A stretch of DNA of 39,785 nucleotides from an uncultured Candidatus Saccharibacteria bacterium (lineage in GTDB: Bacteria; Patescibacteriota; Doudnabacteria; UBA920): positions 1 through 39,785 of the forward strand of contig CAZPRQ010000003.1 in NCBI GenBank assembly GCA_964589415.1. The letters run 5' to 3'. Position 1 is the stretch's first letter; each line of letters starts with the position of its first letter. Below the pieces are notes generated by a model that saw only the letters and a program-made list of their open reading frames with translations, was not told where the DNA came from and made no database searches. The position numbers and the translations under genes were made by a program. Positions 16,553 through 24,540 of this stretch are shown here, piece by piece.

Positions 16553-19021
16553 ATGCGTAAACTTCAAGAAGTCCTTAAAGCAGAAGAAACTATGGTGGGA
16601 GGAAAGGCACTTAGACTAGCCCAGATACAAGCTCTCGGTTTGCCTGTCAAACAGGCACTGGTACTGGATTCCTCTGAGGTGGCCAGTATTGTAGCTTGTG
16701 GACAATGTCCTAACCTTGTCGCGGAAGAAGCCTCACAAACTTTGACTATAAAATCTCATGGAATCGCTGTTCGCAGTTCCGCTGCGGGCGAGGATGGGTT
16801 ACTGTCTTGGGCGGGGCAATTCAAGAGCAAGCTATTTGTTACCCTAAATACTCTAGAAGCAGCAGTTCTAGAGTGCGCAATGGCTATACAAGGCAGCTCC
16901 GTTAGCTCTTATGCTCAATTGCATAATGCTTCTGTCGTCAACCTTGCACTAATCCTGCAAGATATGGTGAAAGCTAAAGTTGCTGGAGTCCTTTTTACCC
17001 ACGACCCCATAACCCTTAACGACCAAGTTATGGTTATTGAGGTGGTTGCGGGAGTAGCTGAAGGCCTAGTATCAGGCTTAATTGAACCTAGACGATACTA
17101 TGTTGATGCAATTACGAGCCAGGTCATCAAAGAGGAGGGGGCGGCGTCTCCTATTCTAAACCAGGGTCAGATAATAGAACTAGTTCAGGTGGGATATACG
17201 CTTCGAACGGCTTTCAACTGTGGTCAGGACGTTGAGTGGGCAATTGAAGAGGAAAGCAATTTGCTTTTTATTAACCAATCGCGAAATATTACTACTGATG
17301 GCAAAATTTCAGCAACACAGATTGTAATCTCCTCAGTAGATAATGCTTTAGCTTTGGAGGGAAGCAGATTGACCCAACTTGGTTGCAATCTTCTTCCGGA
17401 TGTTTTAAGTGACCAAAACATTAGCGAAATTCTTACCCGCTATCCGCACCAAATGAGTTTAGGACTCTTCACTTACTGTTTTGCTCATGGAGAAGGAGCT
17501 ATTCGTACAGCTCGTAACCAAATGGGGTATGACATTGGGGAAGAGTTAGTCACCGGCTTCTTTAGCCTTGTAGGAGGCCAACCAAGGTGTAGCATCATTC
17601 ATGACGCGTTCACCTATCGTATTCAAGGAATACCCTTGGACGATTACTGCCAGCTCGTGAATCACTATCTGGAACGCATACAGGAGGATTCATCCCTTGG
17701 AAACTATCCAGAAGTACAGCTGTATGAACAAAACCCCAGTCAAGAGTTTTTAGCGGAGATTTTTGGAGCGGATAAAGCTGAGGGGTACTTTGCAGCATAC
17801 CAAAAATTCTTCGCTGGAATTCAACAGCTGGAGGATACTCTTTACGCACAATGCCGCGCCTCACTCGTTCAATGGGATGAACAGTTACAAGAAGTAGCTC
17901 CGACCAGAGGAATGGAACTGCAAATTCTGGCAAGTAATTTTTTCACCGTGTGCGATTTACTTCGCACTGAGGCTTGCCCCTTGTTTGTGAAAGTTGCGCG
18001 ATTGGGATTCTTTGCCTTTACCAGACTTAGAAATCTTTTAACCGAGATGTTCGGGGATAAAGGAGAGAGCTGCCTCAATACGCTAACTGGTGGAGCATCC
18101 TTGGAAGACAACCCCAACCTCCAGTTTAACGTTCATCTTCATGAGCTTAAACAAGGTACGCGTAGCTTTGACAATATTGTTGCTCAATATGGTCACCTCG
18201 GAAGCCATGAACTCGAGCTTTCTACCCCTAGATACCAGGACCAACCAAACCTGATACATGAAATGGCGGGAAAGCTTGATGATACATTCGAACATCATCT
18301 TGTGGAAAGCCAGGATGAAGCTAAAAAGCTAGAGGTTGAGTTACTGAAGGCTGCAGGTTCAAATACCGACCAACTAAGACGCGAAATAAAGATGGCTAGG
18401 ACTTATCTTCCACTAAGAGAAGTGGTTAAGTTCCACTTTCTGAAAGGGTATGCCATCTTACGTCAACTAGCCACCTCAATAGAAAGCACCTTAGGGTGGT
18501 CAGAGGGACTAATCTTTCACCTTAACCCAGAGGAGGTATTTAAGATAGCCAATAACTATGCTCATTTACAACTTTTGGCAACTCAAAGGAAAGCGCAACG
18601 AGAATTAGAAAGACTCATTGAAGTTCCGGCAGTGGTATATGCGAATAAGCTTGAAGTAATTGGACAATGTGTAAACATCTCGTCCAATACACTGAAAGGA
18701 ATTGGTGTGACTAATGCTGTAACTGAGGGGGATGTCGTGGTAGTCACGGAGCTAAACGATACAGCTTCGCTTTCCCACCTGCACGCTGGCAGTATACTCG
18801 TAACCACAACAACAGACCCCGCTTGGTCCCCAGTACTTGCAATTATAGGGGCACAGGGCGGTCTAATAACGGAGGTCGGCGGATTGCTCGCTCACGGAGC
18901 AATATACGCAAGAGAAATGAACATTGCTGCTGTACTCAACGTACCTCACGCTACTAAAATCCTTAAAACAGGAATGAAGGTGCGGGTGAATGGTCCATTA
19001 GGCATTGTTGAAGTTTTGTAA
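16553..19021 (+). CDS. PEP-utilising dikinase-like phosphotransferase with a PPDK_N ATP-grasp domain, an unassigned central region and a swivel phospho-His domain (RPH/PpsA-like architecture)
   Basis: N-terminal motifs GGKALRL, AVRSSAAGEDG, LFTHDPIT and QDVEWAIEE. The C-terminal motif is TTTTDPAWSPVLAIIGAQGGLITEVGGLLAHGAIYAREMNIAAV. No PEP/pyruvate TIM-barrel domain is present. A strong SD, AGGAGG, lies 7 nt upstream. Confidence 0.75.
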   Translation: MRKLQEVLKAEETMVGGKALRLAQIQALGLPVKQALVLDSSEVASIVACGQCPNLVAEEASQTLTIKSHGIAVRSSAAGEDGLLSWAGQFKSKLFVTLNTLEAAVLECAMAIQGSSVSSYAQLHNASVVNLALILQDMVKAKVAGVLFTHDPITLNDQVMVIEVVAGVAEGLVSGLIEPRRYYVDAITSQVIKEEGAASPILNQGQIIELVQVGYTLRTAFNCGQDVEWAIEEESNLLFINQSRNITTDGKISATQIVISSVDNALALEGSRLTQLGCNLLPDVLSDQNISEILTRYPHQMSLGLFTYCFAHGEGAIRTARNQMGYDIGEELVTGFFSLVGGQPRCSIIHDAFTYRIQGIPLDDYCQLVNHYLERIQEDSSLGNYPEVQLYEQNPSQEFLAEIFGADKAEGYFAAYQKFFAGIQQLEDTLYAQCRASLVQWDEQLQEVAPTRGMELQILASNFFTVCDLLRTEACPLFVKVARLGFFAFTRLRNLLTEMFGDKGESCLNTLTGGASLEDNPNLQFNVHLHELKQGTRSFDNIVAQYGHLGSHELELSTPRYQDQPNLIHEMAGKLDDTFEHHLVESQDEAKKLEVELLKAAGSNTDQLRREIKMARTYLPLREVVKFHFLKGYAILRQLATSIESTLGWSEGLIFHLNPEEVFKIANNYAHLQLLATQRKAQRELERLIEVPAVVYANKLEVIGQCVNISSNTLKGIGVTNAVTEGDVVVVTELNDTASLSHLHAGSILVTTTTDPAWSPVLAIIGAQGGLITEVGGLLAHGAIYAREMNIAAVLNVPHATKILKTGMKVRVNGPLGIVEVL

Positions 19022-19027
19022 CAACTG

Positions 19028-19061
19028 GGGCGGAAACAAATCACCGTTTCTGCCCTTTCTT
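19028..19061 (+). terminator. Intrinsic terminator
   Basis: GGGCGGAAAC (19028-19037) pairs with GTTTCTGCCC (19046-19055, one G-U pair), followed by TTTCTTATT. Confidence 0.55.
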
Positions 19062-19083
19062 ATTATTTTGCTATACTAAATTT

Positions 19084-19614
19084 ATGAAAAAGTTAATTGT
19101 GTTCGTTTGTAATGGTAATATTCATCGTTCAGTTATTGCAGCTGAATTTTTTTCAAATATTGTAAATAAACTAGGATTAAAAAGTAAATATAAAATAGAC
19201 TCGTACGGACTCCAAGGAACAATGGGCACGAGACTACCGTTGCATAAAAAATTAATAGAATATTCCAAAGAATGGAAAGCAGCTGCTCCCGCTTTGCGTA
19301 AATTTAATATTGATATTAGTAACCATTCTTTTCAAAAAATTACCCCTGCGGTTGTAAAGAAAGCTGCGGTTATTATTGCTATGGATAAAAAAACCCATTC
19401 TACTGCTGTAAATTCCCTAATTAAACAATTTCCTAAATCAAATGGTAAAATACATGGCTTTACAGAACTAACTAGTAGCCATAAAGGTATTAAAGACCCT
19501 GCGGGGAGTAATAATAAAAAATTAAATTATTCAATTATCAAAAATATTAATTTGACTTTACTTAAAAATTCAAGGGCTATCTTGTCCTGGGCAAACCATG
19601 ACAAATATGAATGA
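19084..19614 (+). CDS. Low-molecular-weight phosphotyrosine phosphatase / ArsC-type CX5R phosphatase family protein
   Basis: Active-site loop VFVCNGNIHRS (C-X5-R-S) and a later KDPAG (DP general acid). The gene is very AT-rich. Confidence 0.7.
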   Translation: MKKLIVFVCNGNIHRSVIAAEFFSNIVNKLGLKSKYKIDSYGLQGTMGTRLPLHKKLIEYSKEWKAAAPALRKFNIDISNHSFQKITPAVVKKAAVIIAMDKKTHSTAVNSLIKQFPKSNGKIHGFTELTSSHKGIKDPAGSNNKKLNYSIIKNINLTLLKNSRAILSWANHDKYE

Positions 19615-19779
19615 TTTCCCATACCAACTATCCACTCCACTTTTTTTATATTTTATAACGTAACCTTACACTGCACCTCGAGTATTTTAAAGAGGAAAAA
19701 GTGAAACCATTAACAAAAAACGCCAAGCCTCGACCGGCGAGGTGTTTTATGATATCCTAAACTGCCCATAAAATCTCGA

Positions 19780-19980
19780 GTGGAAGGAGGAACAGCTATA
19801 GAACATAAATGCGACCATATGCCGGATAACGCTAGAATCTTCTCCCAAGAGGAAGACGGACAGTCGTTTCTGGAACTCAGCGAACAAGGACTTGACACCA
19901 CAGGCACCACGCTCGTCGAGACAACAAACAAAATGCAGACGCCCATCTGGCATTGTCCCTACTGCGGAAAACCTGTGTAA
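19780..19980 (+). CDS. Doubtful small ORF with a C-terminal CPYCGKPV
   Basis: GTG-initiated 66-codon ORF in a GC-rich patch, with no convincing SD. The only support is the strong plus-strand terminator just downstream. Confidence 0.25.
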   Translation: MEGGTAIEHKCDHMPDNARIFSQEEDGQSFLELSEQGLDTTGTTLVETTNKMQTPIWHCPYCGKPV

Positions 19981-20004
19981 ACCGCCCTCTCATTCACAAA
20001 TAGC

Positions 20005-20045
20005 GCGCCCCAACCTTCCAAGGTATGGGGCGCTTTTCTTTTTTC
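20005..20045 (+). terminator. Strong intrinsic terminator
   Basis: GCGCCCCAACCTT pairs with AAGGTATGGGGCGC in a roughly 13-bp stem (20005-20033), followed by TTTTCTTTTTT. Confidence 0.65.
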
Positions 20046-20087
20046 CATTTAAACACTAAAAAAACGTGAGTACAATAACCCTACCAT

Positions 20088-20291
20088 ATGTCATCCCGGG
20101 CGAGCCTGCCTCGTCGGCAGACAGGTGCATCCGACTTGTCCGCCGAAGCTTTTGTATATTAAACATAGTTTTGATGAAGCTTGAGGCGAAGGCGGAGACC
20201 CCAAGATCCAGCATCTAAGCCAACTTCTGGATCCCGGATATTTTTACAGCCCTAAAAATTCCCTGCCTACCGCAGGCAGGCGGGATGACAG
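20088..20291. repeat. About 205-bp palindromic (MITE-like) element with TGTCATCCCG termini
   Basis: The left end is ATGTCATCCCGGGCGAGCCTGCCTCGTCGGCAG. The reverse complement of the right end is CTGTCATCCCGCCTGCCTGCGGTAGGCAG. Internal hairpins include GAAGCTT/AAGCTT and GATCCAG/CTGGATC. Confidence 0.45.
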
Positions 20292-20331
20292 AGGTCTTTG
20301 GATTCACGTTAAAAAACCGAATACAAAACGC

Positions 20332-20360
20332 TTGCCAAAAAGTTAGCTTTTTGTTATAAT
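20332..20360 (+). promoter_or_regulatory. Consensus-like promoter of rplY
   Basis: TTGCCA (20332-20337), a 17-nt spacer, then TATAAT (20355-20360). It is nearly the same sequence as the rpsB promoter. Confidence 0.6.
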
Positions 20361-20453
20361 ATCCGAGATATTAAAATTTTGTGAGTACCAAATATACCCT
20401 GCTATATTAGATTAGCAGTGTAAAAAGGGATGGGCAAAATTCATAAGGAAAGT

Positions 20454-21122
20454 ATGGAAAAAATAGAGTTACAGGCAACCGTTCGGGACAATAAAATAAG
20501 TCCTAATCGCATACGAAAAACAGGCCAAATACCTGCTGTTTTATACGGCAAGAAAACTCAAACTTCACACCTGTCGGTAAACACCAGAGACTTTGAAAAA
20601 GTTTTCCGCAAAGCCGGGGAAAGCACTATAGTTGAACTCACGACAGAAGACGGCAAATCCCACCCTGTTATTATTCAAGACGTTCAAAGGCATGTAGTAA
20701 AAGGCGATATTCTTCATATAGATTTCTACCAGGTGGATATGAGCCAAAAACTAAAAGCCACTGTACCAATTGAATTTACCGGCGAAGCACAGGCCGTAAA
20801 AGCTTTAGGCGGCACTCTTGTTAAAATTTTGACCGAAGTGGAAGTGGAATGTTTGCCCGCAGACTTACCCCACAATTTGGAAGTTTCAATAGAAAAACTA
20901 AAGGTTTTTTCCGACTCTATTACAGTATCGGATATTAAAGTAACCGAAAAAGTAAAAATAATTGCCCCACCCGACGAAGTAGTAGCCAAAGTCCAGCCTC
21001 CTAGAAACGTTGAAGCCGAACTGACCCCGGTAGTGGAAGACATTTCCGCTGTAGAGGGCGCGGCAGAAGAAAAGCCTGAAACAGAGGCAGACGAGGCCAA
21101 AACAGAAGAAAAGAAAGCATAA
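20454..21122 (+). CDS. rplY: 50S ribosomal protein L25, general stress protein Ctc form
   Basis: LQATVRDNKISPNRIRKTGQIPAVLYGKK is followed by a Ctc-type second domain and an acidic tail. I prefer the ATG at 20454 (AAGGA 5 nt upstream). The ORF-track start is 20430. Confidence 0.85.
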   Translation: MEKIELQATVRDNKISPNRIRKTGQIPAVLYGKKTQTSHLSVNTRDFEKVFRKAGESTIVELTTEDGKSHPVIIQDVQRHVVKGDILHIDFYQVDMSQKLKATVPIEFTGEAQAVKALGGTLVKILTEVEVECLPADLPHNLEVSIEKLKVFSDSITVSDIKVTEKVKIIAPPDEVVAKVQPPRNVEAELTPVVEDISAVEGAAEEKPETEADEAKTEEKKA

Positions 21123-21133
21123 AAAATCTTTAA

Positions 21134-21163
21134 CCGTCCCGCCTTTGGCGGGACGGTTTTTTT
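21134..21163 (+). terminator. Intrinsic terminator of rplY
   Basis: CCGTCCCGCC pairs with GGCGGGACGG, followed by T7. Confidence 0.7.
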
Positions 21164-21193
21164 AATTTCCAGATTTTCAGATATAATTACCTT

Positions 21194-22069
21194 ATGGCTA
21201 AAAAACAGAAGTACTATCCACTTAAAAATTATATTCGCATACCAATAGTTATTTTATTGGCTGTGGCTATTTTATTTTGGCTAAATCCAAAAGAAAAAAT
21301 AGCAGTGGCTCCTTCTGAATTTGCAAGCGAAAAAGCAAACTTGTCAAAAAACTTCAACACCCCGCCGCCGGAAAGCTTAAACATTCCAATTTTAATGTAT
21401 CATCATGTTGGAGAACTTCCGGCCAAAGCGTCAGCCATTAGAAAAGACTTAACCCTTTCCACTGAGACTTTCACCAAGCAGGTAAAGTGGCTAAAAGAAC
21501 AAGGTTTTTCTTCCATTAGCCTTGAGCAATTATATCTCGCGGCTAGTGGTGACTTCCAGCTTCCTGAAAAACCTGTCATATTTTCCTTCGATGACGGATA
21601 TGAAGATGTATTTATAAATGCTGTTCCAATTTTAGAACAATACCAATTCAGGGGAAGTTTTGGCATTATAACCCAGTACCCCGAAAACTCGAATGAGACG
21701 GACAACCTATACGCAAGCTGGGAAAAAATTAAATCCGCCTCAGACAGAGGACACGAAATAGTTTCCCACACCCAAACCCATTTTGATGGCAATAATTCTA
21801 AATATACAAACGAATATATTTTTGAAAACCTGCAAAATTCAAAAAACGATATACTCAAAAACACAGGAAAATCTACCCGTATTCTTATATATCCTTACGG
21901 CAGTTACACAACCGCGTACATTGAGCAAGCAAAAAACGCCGGTTTTGTCATGGGGTTAACCGTAAAACATGGCAATTTAGTAAACACCAATAACCTTATG
22001 GAAGTTCCTCGTCTGCGAATACATGGAAATCAGAATTTCGAGAAATTTAAAAAGTTATTTTCAAACTAA
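21194..22069 (+). CDS. Membrane-anchored polysaccharide deacetylase (NodB homology domain)
   Basis: N-terminal TM helix, FSFDDGYED (the TFDDG motif) and HTQTH (the H-S/T-x-x-H motif). Confidence 0.75.
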   Translation: MAKKQKYYPLKNYIRIPIVILLAVAILFWLNPKEKIAVAPSEFASEKANLSKNFNTPPPESLNIPILMYHHVGELPAKASAIRKDLTLSTETFTKQVKWLKEQGFSSISLEQLYLAASGDFQLPEKPVIFSFDDGYEDVFINAVPILEQYQFRGSFGIITQYPENSNETDNLYASWEKIKSASDRGHEIVSHTQTHFDGNNSKYTNEYIFENLQNSKNDILKNTGKSTRILIYPYGSYTTAYIEQAKNAGFVMGLTVKHGNLVNTNNLMEVPRLRIHGNQNFEKFKKLFSN

Positions 22070-22908
22070 TAGGAAATTATTTCACAAAAACGCCAAAATT
22101 TATTTATATCCTTATAAAAATGCGTATGGGATTTTGGCAAGCTTTTTTTAATAAGTTTCAATAATCGGGCTTTTTGCCTGGGGTCGAATTCCAAAAAAAT
22201 GTACTTTGGCTTGTGTTTTAACGAGGAAATAGACCGGAGTAACTTTCGGATTATTAACAACCCTTTTTCCCCGGTGAATAAAGCTTGTTTTGGTTCGAAT
22301 TTTAAACCCACTGTCTCTACCGAAGAATTATTTTTCCATTCATTCCAACCATAAGGTAAATTCGCGACAATAACATCGTACGACATTCTCATGTTTTGCA
22401 GAATATCAGAATGAATAAACCTAATTTTTACGCCGTGAGCTTTGGCGTTCGCCTTGGCAACTTTAAGGGCTTTTTTTGATATATCAGAGGCATGAATTAT
22501 GAATCTTGAATCTTGAATCTTGCCGGGAAGAATTTTAGCCAATGATACAGCAACGCACCCGCTCCCGGTACCAACATCCAAAATCTTAATTTCAGAATTT
22601 TTAAATCTTAAATCTTTCAATCTTTCAATTACTTTTTCTACCATACCTTCGGTCTCCGGACGGGGGATTAGCACGTCCTTATTTACCTTAAACCTCAAAC
22701 CCATAAAATCCTTGTACCCCAAAACATAGGCCACCGGCTCGCCCTTTTCCCTGCGCTTGATGTATTTTGATAATATGTTTAGATGTTTGGATGTTAAAAT
22801 AAACTCCGGGTGCAAAAAAATAAACTCCTTAGGCTTATTTAGCACGCCAGCCAGCAGGAGTTCGATTTCTATGTTTCGATGATTTTTTAGGGCTTCTCCA
22901 ATTGTCAT
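22066..22908 (-). CDS. prmC: Release factor glutamine N5-methyltransferase
   Basis: SAM motif ILDVGTGSGCVAVSLA and catalytic VANLPY (NPPY-type). It lies in an operon with prfA. Confidence 0.85.
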   Translation of the reverse strand: MTIGEALKNHRNIEIELLLAGVLNKPKEFIFLHPEFILTSKHLNILSKYIKRREKGEPVAYVLGYKDFMGLRFKVNKDVLIPRPETEGMVEKVIERLKDLRFKNSEIKILDVGTGSGCVAVSLAKILPGKIQDSRFIIHASDISKKALKVAKANAKAHGVKIRFIHSDILQNMRMSYDVIVANLPYGWNEWKNNSSVETVGLKFEPKQALFTGEKGLLIIRKLLRSISSLKHKPKYIFLEFDPRQKARLLKLIKKSLPKSHTHFYKDINKFWRFCEIISY

Positions 22909-22977
22909 TCTTGATCAATCTTATTTAACTCTGGTCATTCCAGATCAATGTTTCAGGATTTCTTTTACTACTGTCAT

Positions 22978-23406
22978 TTAAAACATGTCCTTATAAAATT
23001 CCTTTCCGTCCTCTGTTTTATAACCATTTTTTAGTAACCACTTAATGGTATCTTGTTGATCAAAACTTGGAAATACCAGACGAATTCTTTTTTGATCATT
23101 CTCGCTTAATAATCTTAAAATTTCTTCACAAGATTGCAGGGATGGGGTACCAAAGCCCTGTTCAGCCTCGCGATGAGTATTGTAAAAGGTAACATCCTTA
23201 TCCTTAATGCCAACCGAAAATTGATAGATTGCGGAGCCATTCTCAAATATAGCAATAATTGTTTGCGGGTTATTAAAATTTGAAAAATTCCATCTTCCTG
23301 CCGAAGCATTAACGGTTTCTCCGGACAGAACCATTCTCAAAAGCTTTACAGCTGGTTGAACCTCCTGAATTTCTCTTTGCATTAATTCATTTTCCGAAGA
23401 ATCCAT
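22978..23406 (-). CDS. Hypothetical protein inserted between prfA and prmC
   Basis: 142-aa ORF. Its start lies 3 nt after the prfA stop. I recognise no family. Confidence 0.5.
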   Translation of the reverse strand: MDSSENELMQREIQEVQPAVKLLRMVLSGETVNASAGRWNFSNFNNPQTIIAIFENGSAIYQFSVGIKDKDVTFYNTHREAEQGFGTPSLQSCEEILRLLSENDQKRIRLVFPSFDQQDTIKWLLKNGYKTEDGKEFYKDMF

Positions 23407-23409
23407 AAT

Positions 23410-24522
23410 TTAACTTTTCTTTAATGCTTCTTTCTTAGCTTCCACATCCGCCTTTTGGAGGGCGGCTATAATGGGGGAGAACTTGCCTTCCATTATTAAA
23501 TTTATCTGGTTGAAGTTTTGGTTTATGCGGTGGTCGGTTACTCGATCCTGGGGAAAATTGTAAGTGCGTATTTTTTCGCTGCGGTCGCCGGTGCCAATTT
23601 GGCTTTTGGTGAGGTCGCGCACTTTTTTATTTTCTATTTCTTCATAGTGCGCGGCAACACGGGCGCGAATAACTTGCAGCGCTTTTTCCCGGTTTTGGGC
23701 CTGCGAGCGTTCATCCTGGCACTGGGCAGTTATACCTGTCGGGATGTGGACTATTCGGATAGCTGAATACGTAGTATTAACCGACTGCCCGCCGTGGCCG
23801 GACGAGGTGGTCGCTTCCATTTGAAGGTCTTTGGGGTCTATGGCGTAATCTTTTTCCTCCAAGATAGGCAATACCGCCACTGTAATGGTAGATGTGTGCA
23901 CTCGGCCGCTCTTTTCGGTTTCCGGAACTCTTTGCACGCGATGAACTCCAGACTCGTACTTAAAAATCCCATACGGCGCCCCAAGAGGGTCATCCTCTCT
24001 TCCGGAGAGGATGACCCTCTTGCCAAAAGAATGTTTGGAGTGAATTTCAAAAATAACTTCCTTAAAGCCCCCGGCTTCACTTTTAGAAGCAGACACAATA
24101 TGCGGCTTAAAACCGCACTCTTCCGAAAATTTTCCGTAAGCACGAAACATCTCCGCCACAAACAAGGTCGCCTCGTCGCCGCCCGCGCCGGCTCTAATTT
24201 CCACAATACAACCCTTGTCGTCATTTAGATCTTTGGGCAGTAAGGCTTCCTCAATTTCTGATGTAAGATTTAATATAGCGGATTTAAGCCCAACTACCTC
24301 TTCTTCAGCCATTGCCGCCATATCCTTATCTGAACTTTGGACTAACTCGCCCGCGTGTTTTAAATCCAATTCCATTTTGGCCAATTTACTGACCTTCTCT
24401 ACCAACGGGGCAAGCTCCGACTGTCGCCTGCCTAATTTACCAATATCCAAAACGCCGCCTTTGCTTAAATCTGCGGTAATTTGATTATATTCATCTAAAA
24501 TTTTCTGAAATGCCGTTTCCAT
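23410..24522 (-). CDS. prfA: Peptide chain release factor 1
   Basis: PET (PxT-type) tripeptide in RVQRVPETEKSGRVHTS and the GGQ motif in SGHGGQSVNTT. 370 aa, including an extra segment encoded by a palindrome. Confidence 0.9.
   Translation of the reverse strand: METAFQKILDEYNQITADLSKGGVLDIGKLGRRQSELAPLVEKVSKLAKMELDLKHAGELVQSSDKDMAAMAEEEVVGLKSAILNLTSEIEEALLPKDLNDDKGCIVEIRAGAGGDEATLFVAEMFRAYGKFSEECGFKPHIVSASKSEAGGFKEVIFEIHSKHSFGKRVILSGREDDPLGAPYGIFKYESGVHRVQRVPETEKSGRVHTSTITVAVLPILEEKDYAIDPKDLQMEATTSSGHGGQSVNTTYSAIRIVHIPTGITAQCQDERSQAQNREKALQVIRARVAAHYEEIENKKVRDLTKSQIGTGDRSEKIRTYNFPQDRVTDHRINQNFNQINLIMEGKFSPIIAALQKADVEAKKEALKKS
23982..24022. repeat. Perfect 18-bp inverted repeat with a 5-nt spacer inside the prfA coding sequence
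   Basis: CAAGAGGGTCATCCTCTC (23982-23999), TTCCG, then GAGAGGATGACCCTCTTG (24005-24022). It shares the 13-mer AGAGGGTCATCCT with the interior of the 24541-24691 element. Confidence 0.75.
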
Positions 24523-24540
24523 ACATTATTCTTAACATAT

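Noticed and set aside
19710-19953. Minus-strand ORFs 19710-19946 and 19747-19953
   Set aside because: They have no SD and a Cys/Ser-rich, low-complexity-like composition. The only clear transcription signal here, the terminator at 20005-20045, is on the plus strand.
23410-24522. Programmed frameshift in the release factor gene
   Set aside because: The gene is RF1 (PxT type), not RF2. The reading frame is continuous, and the unusual feature is an in-frame palindromic insertion instead.
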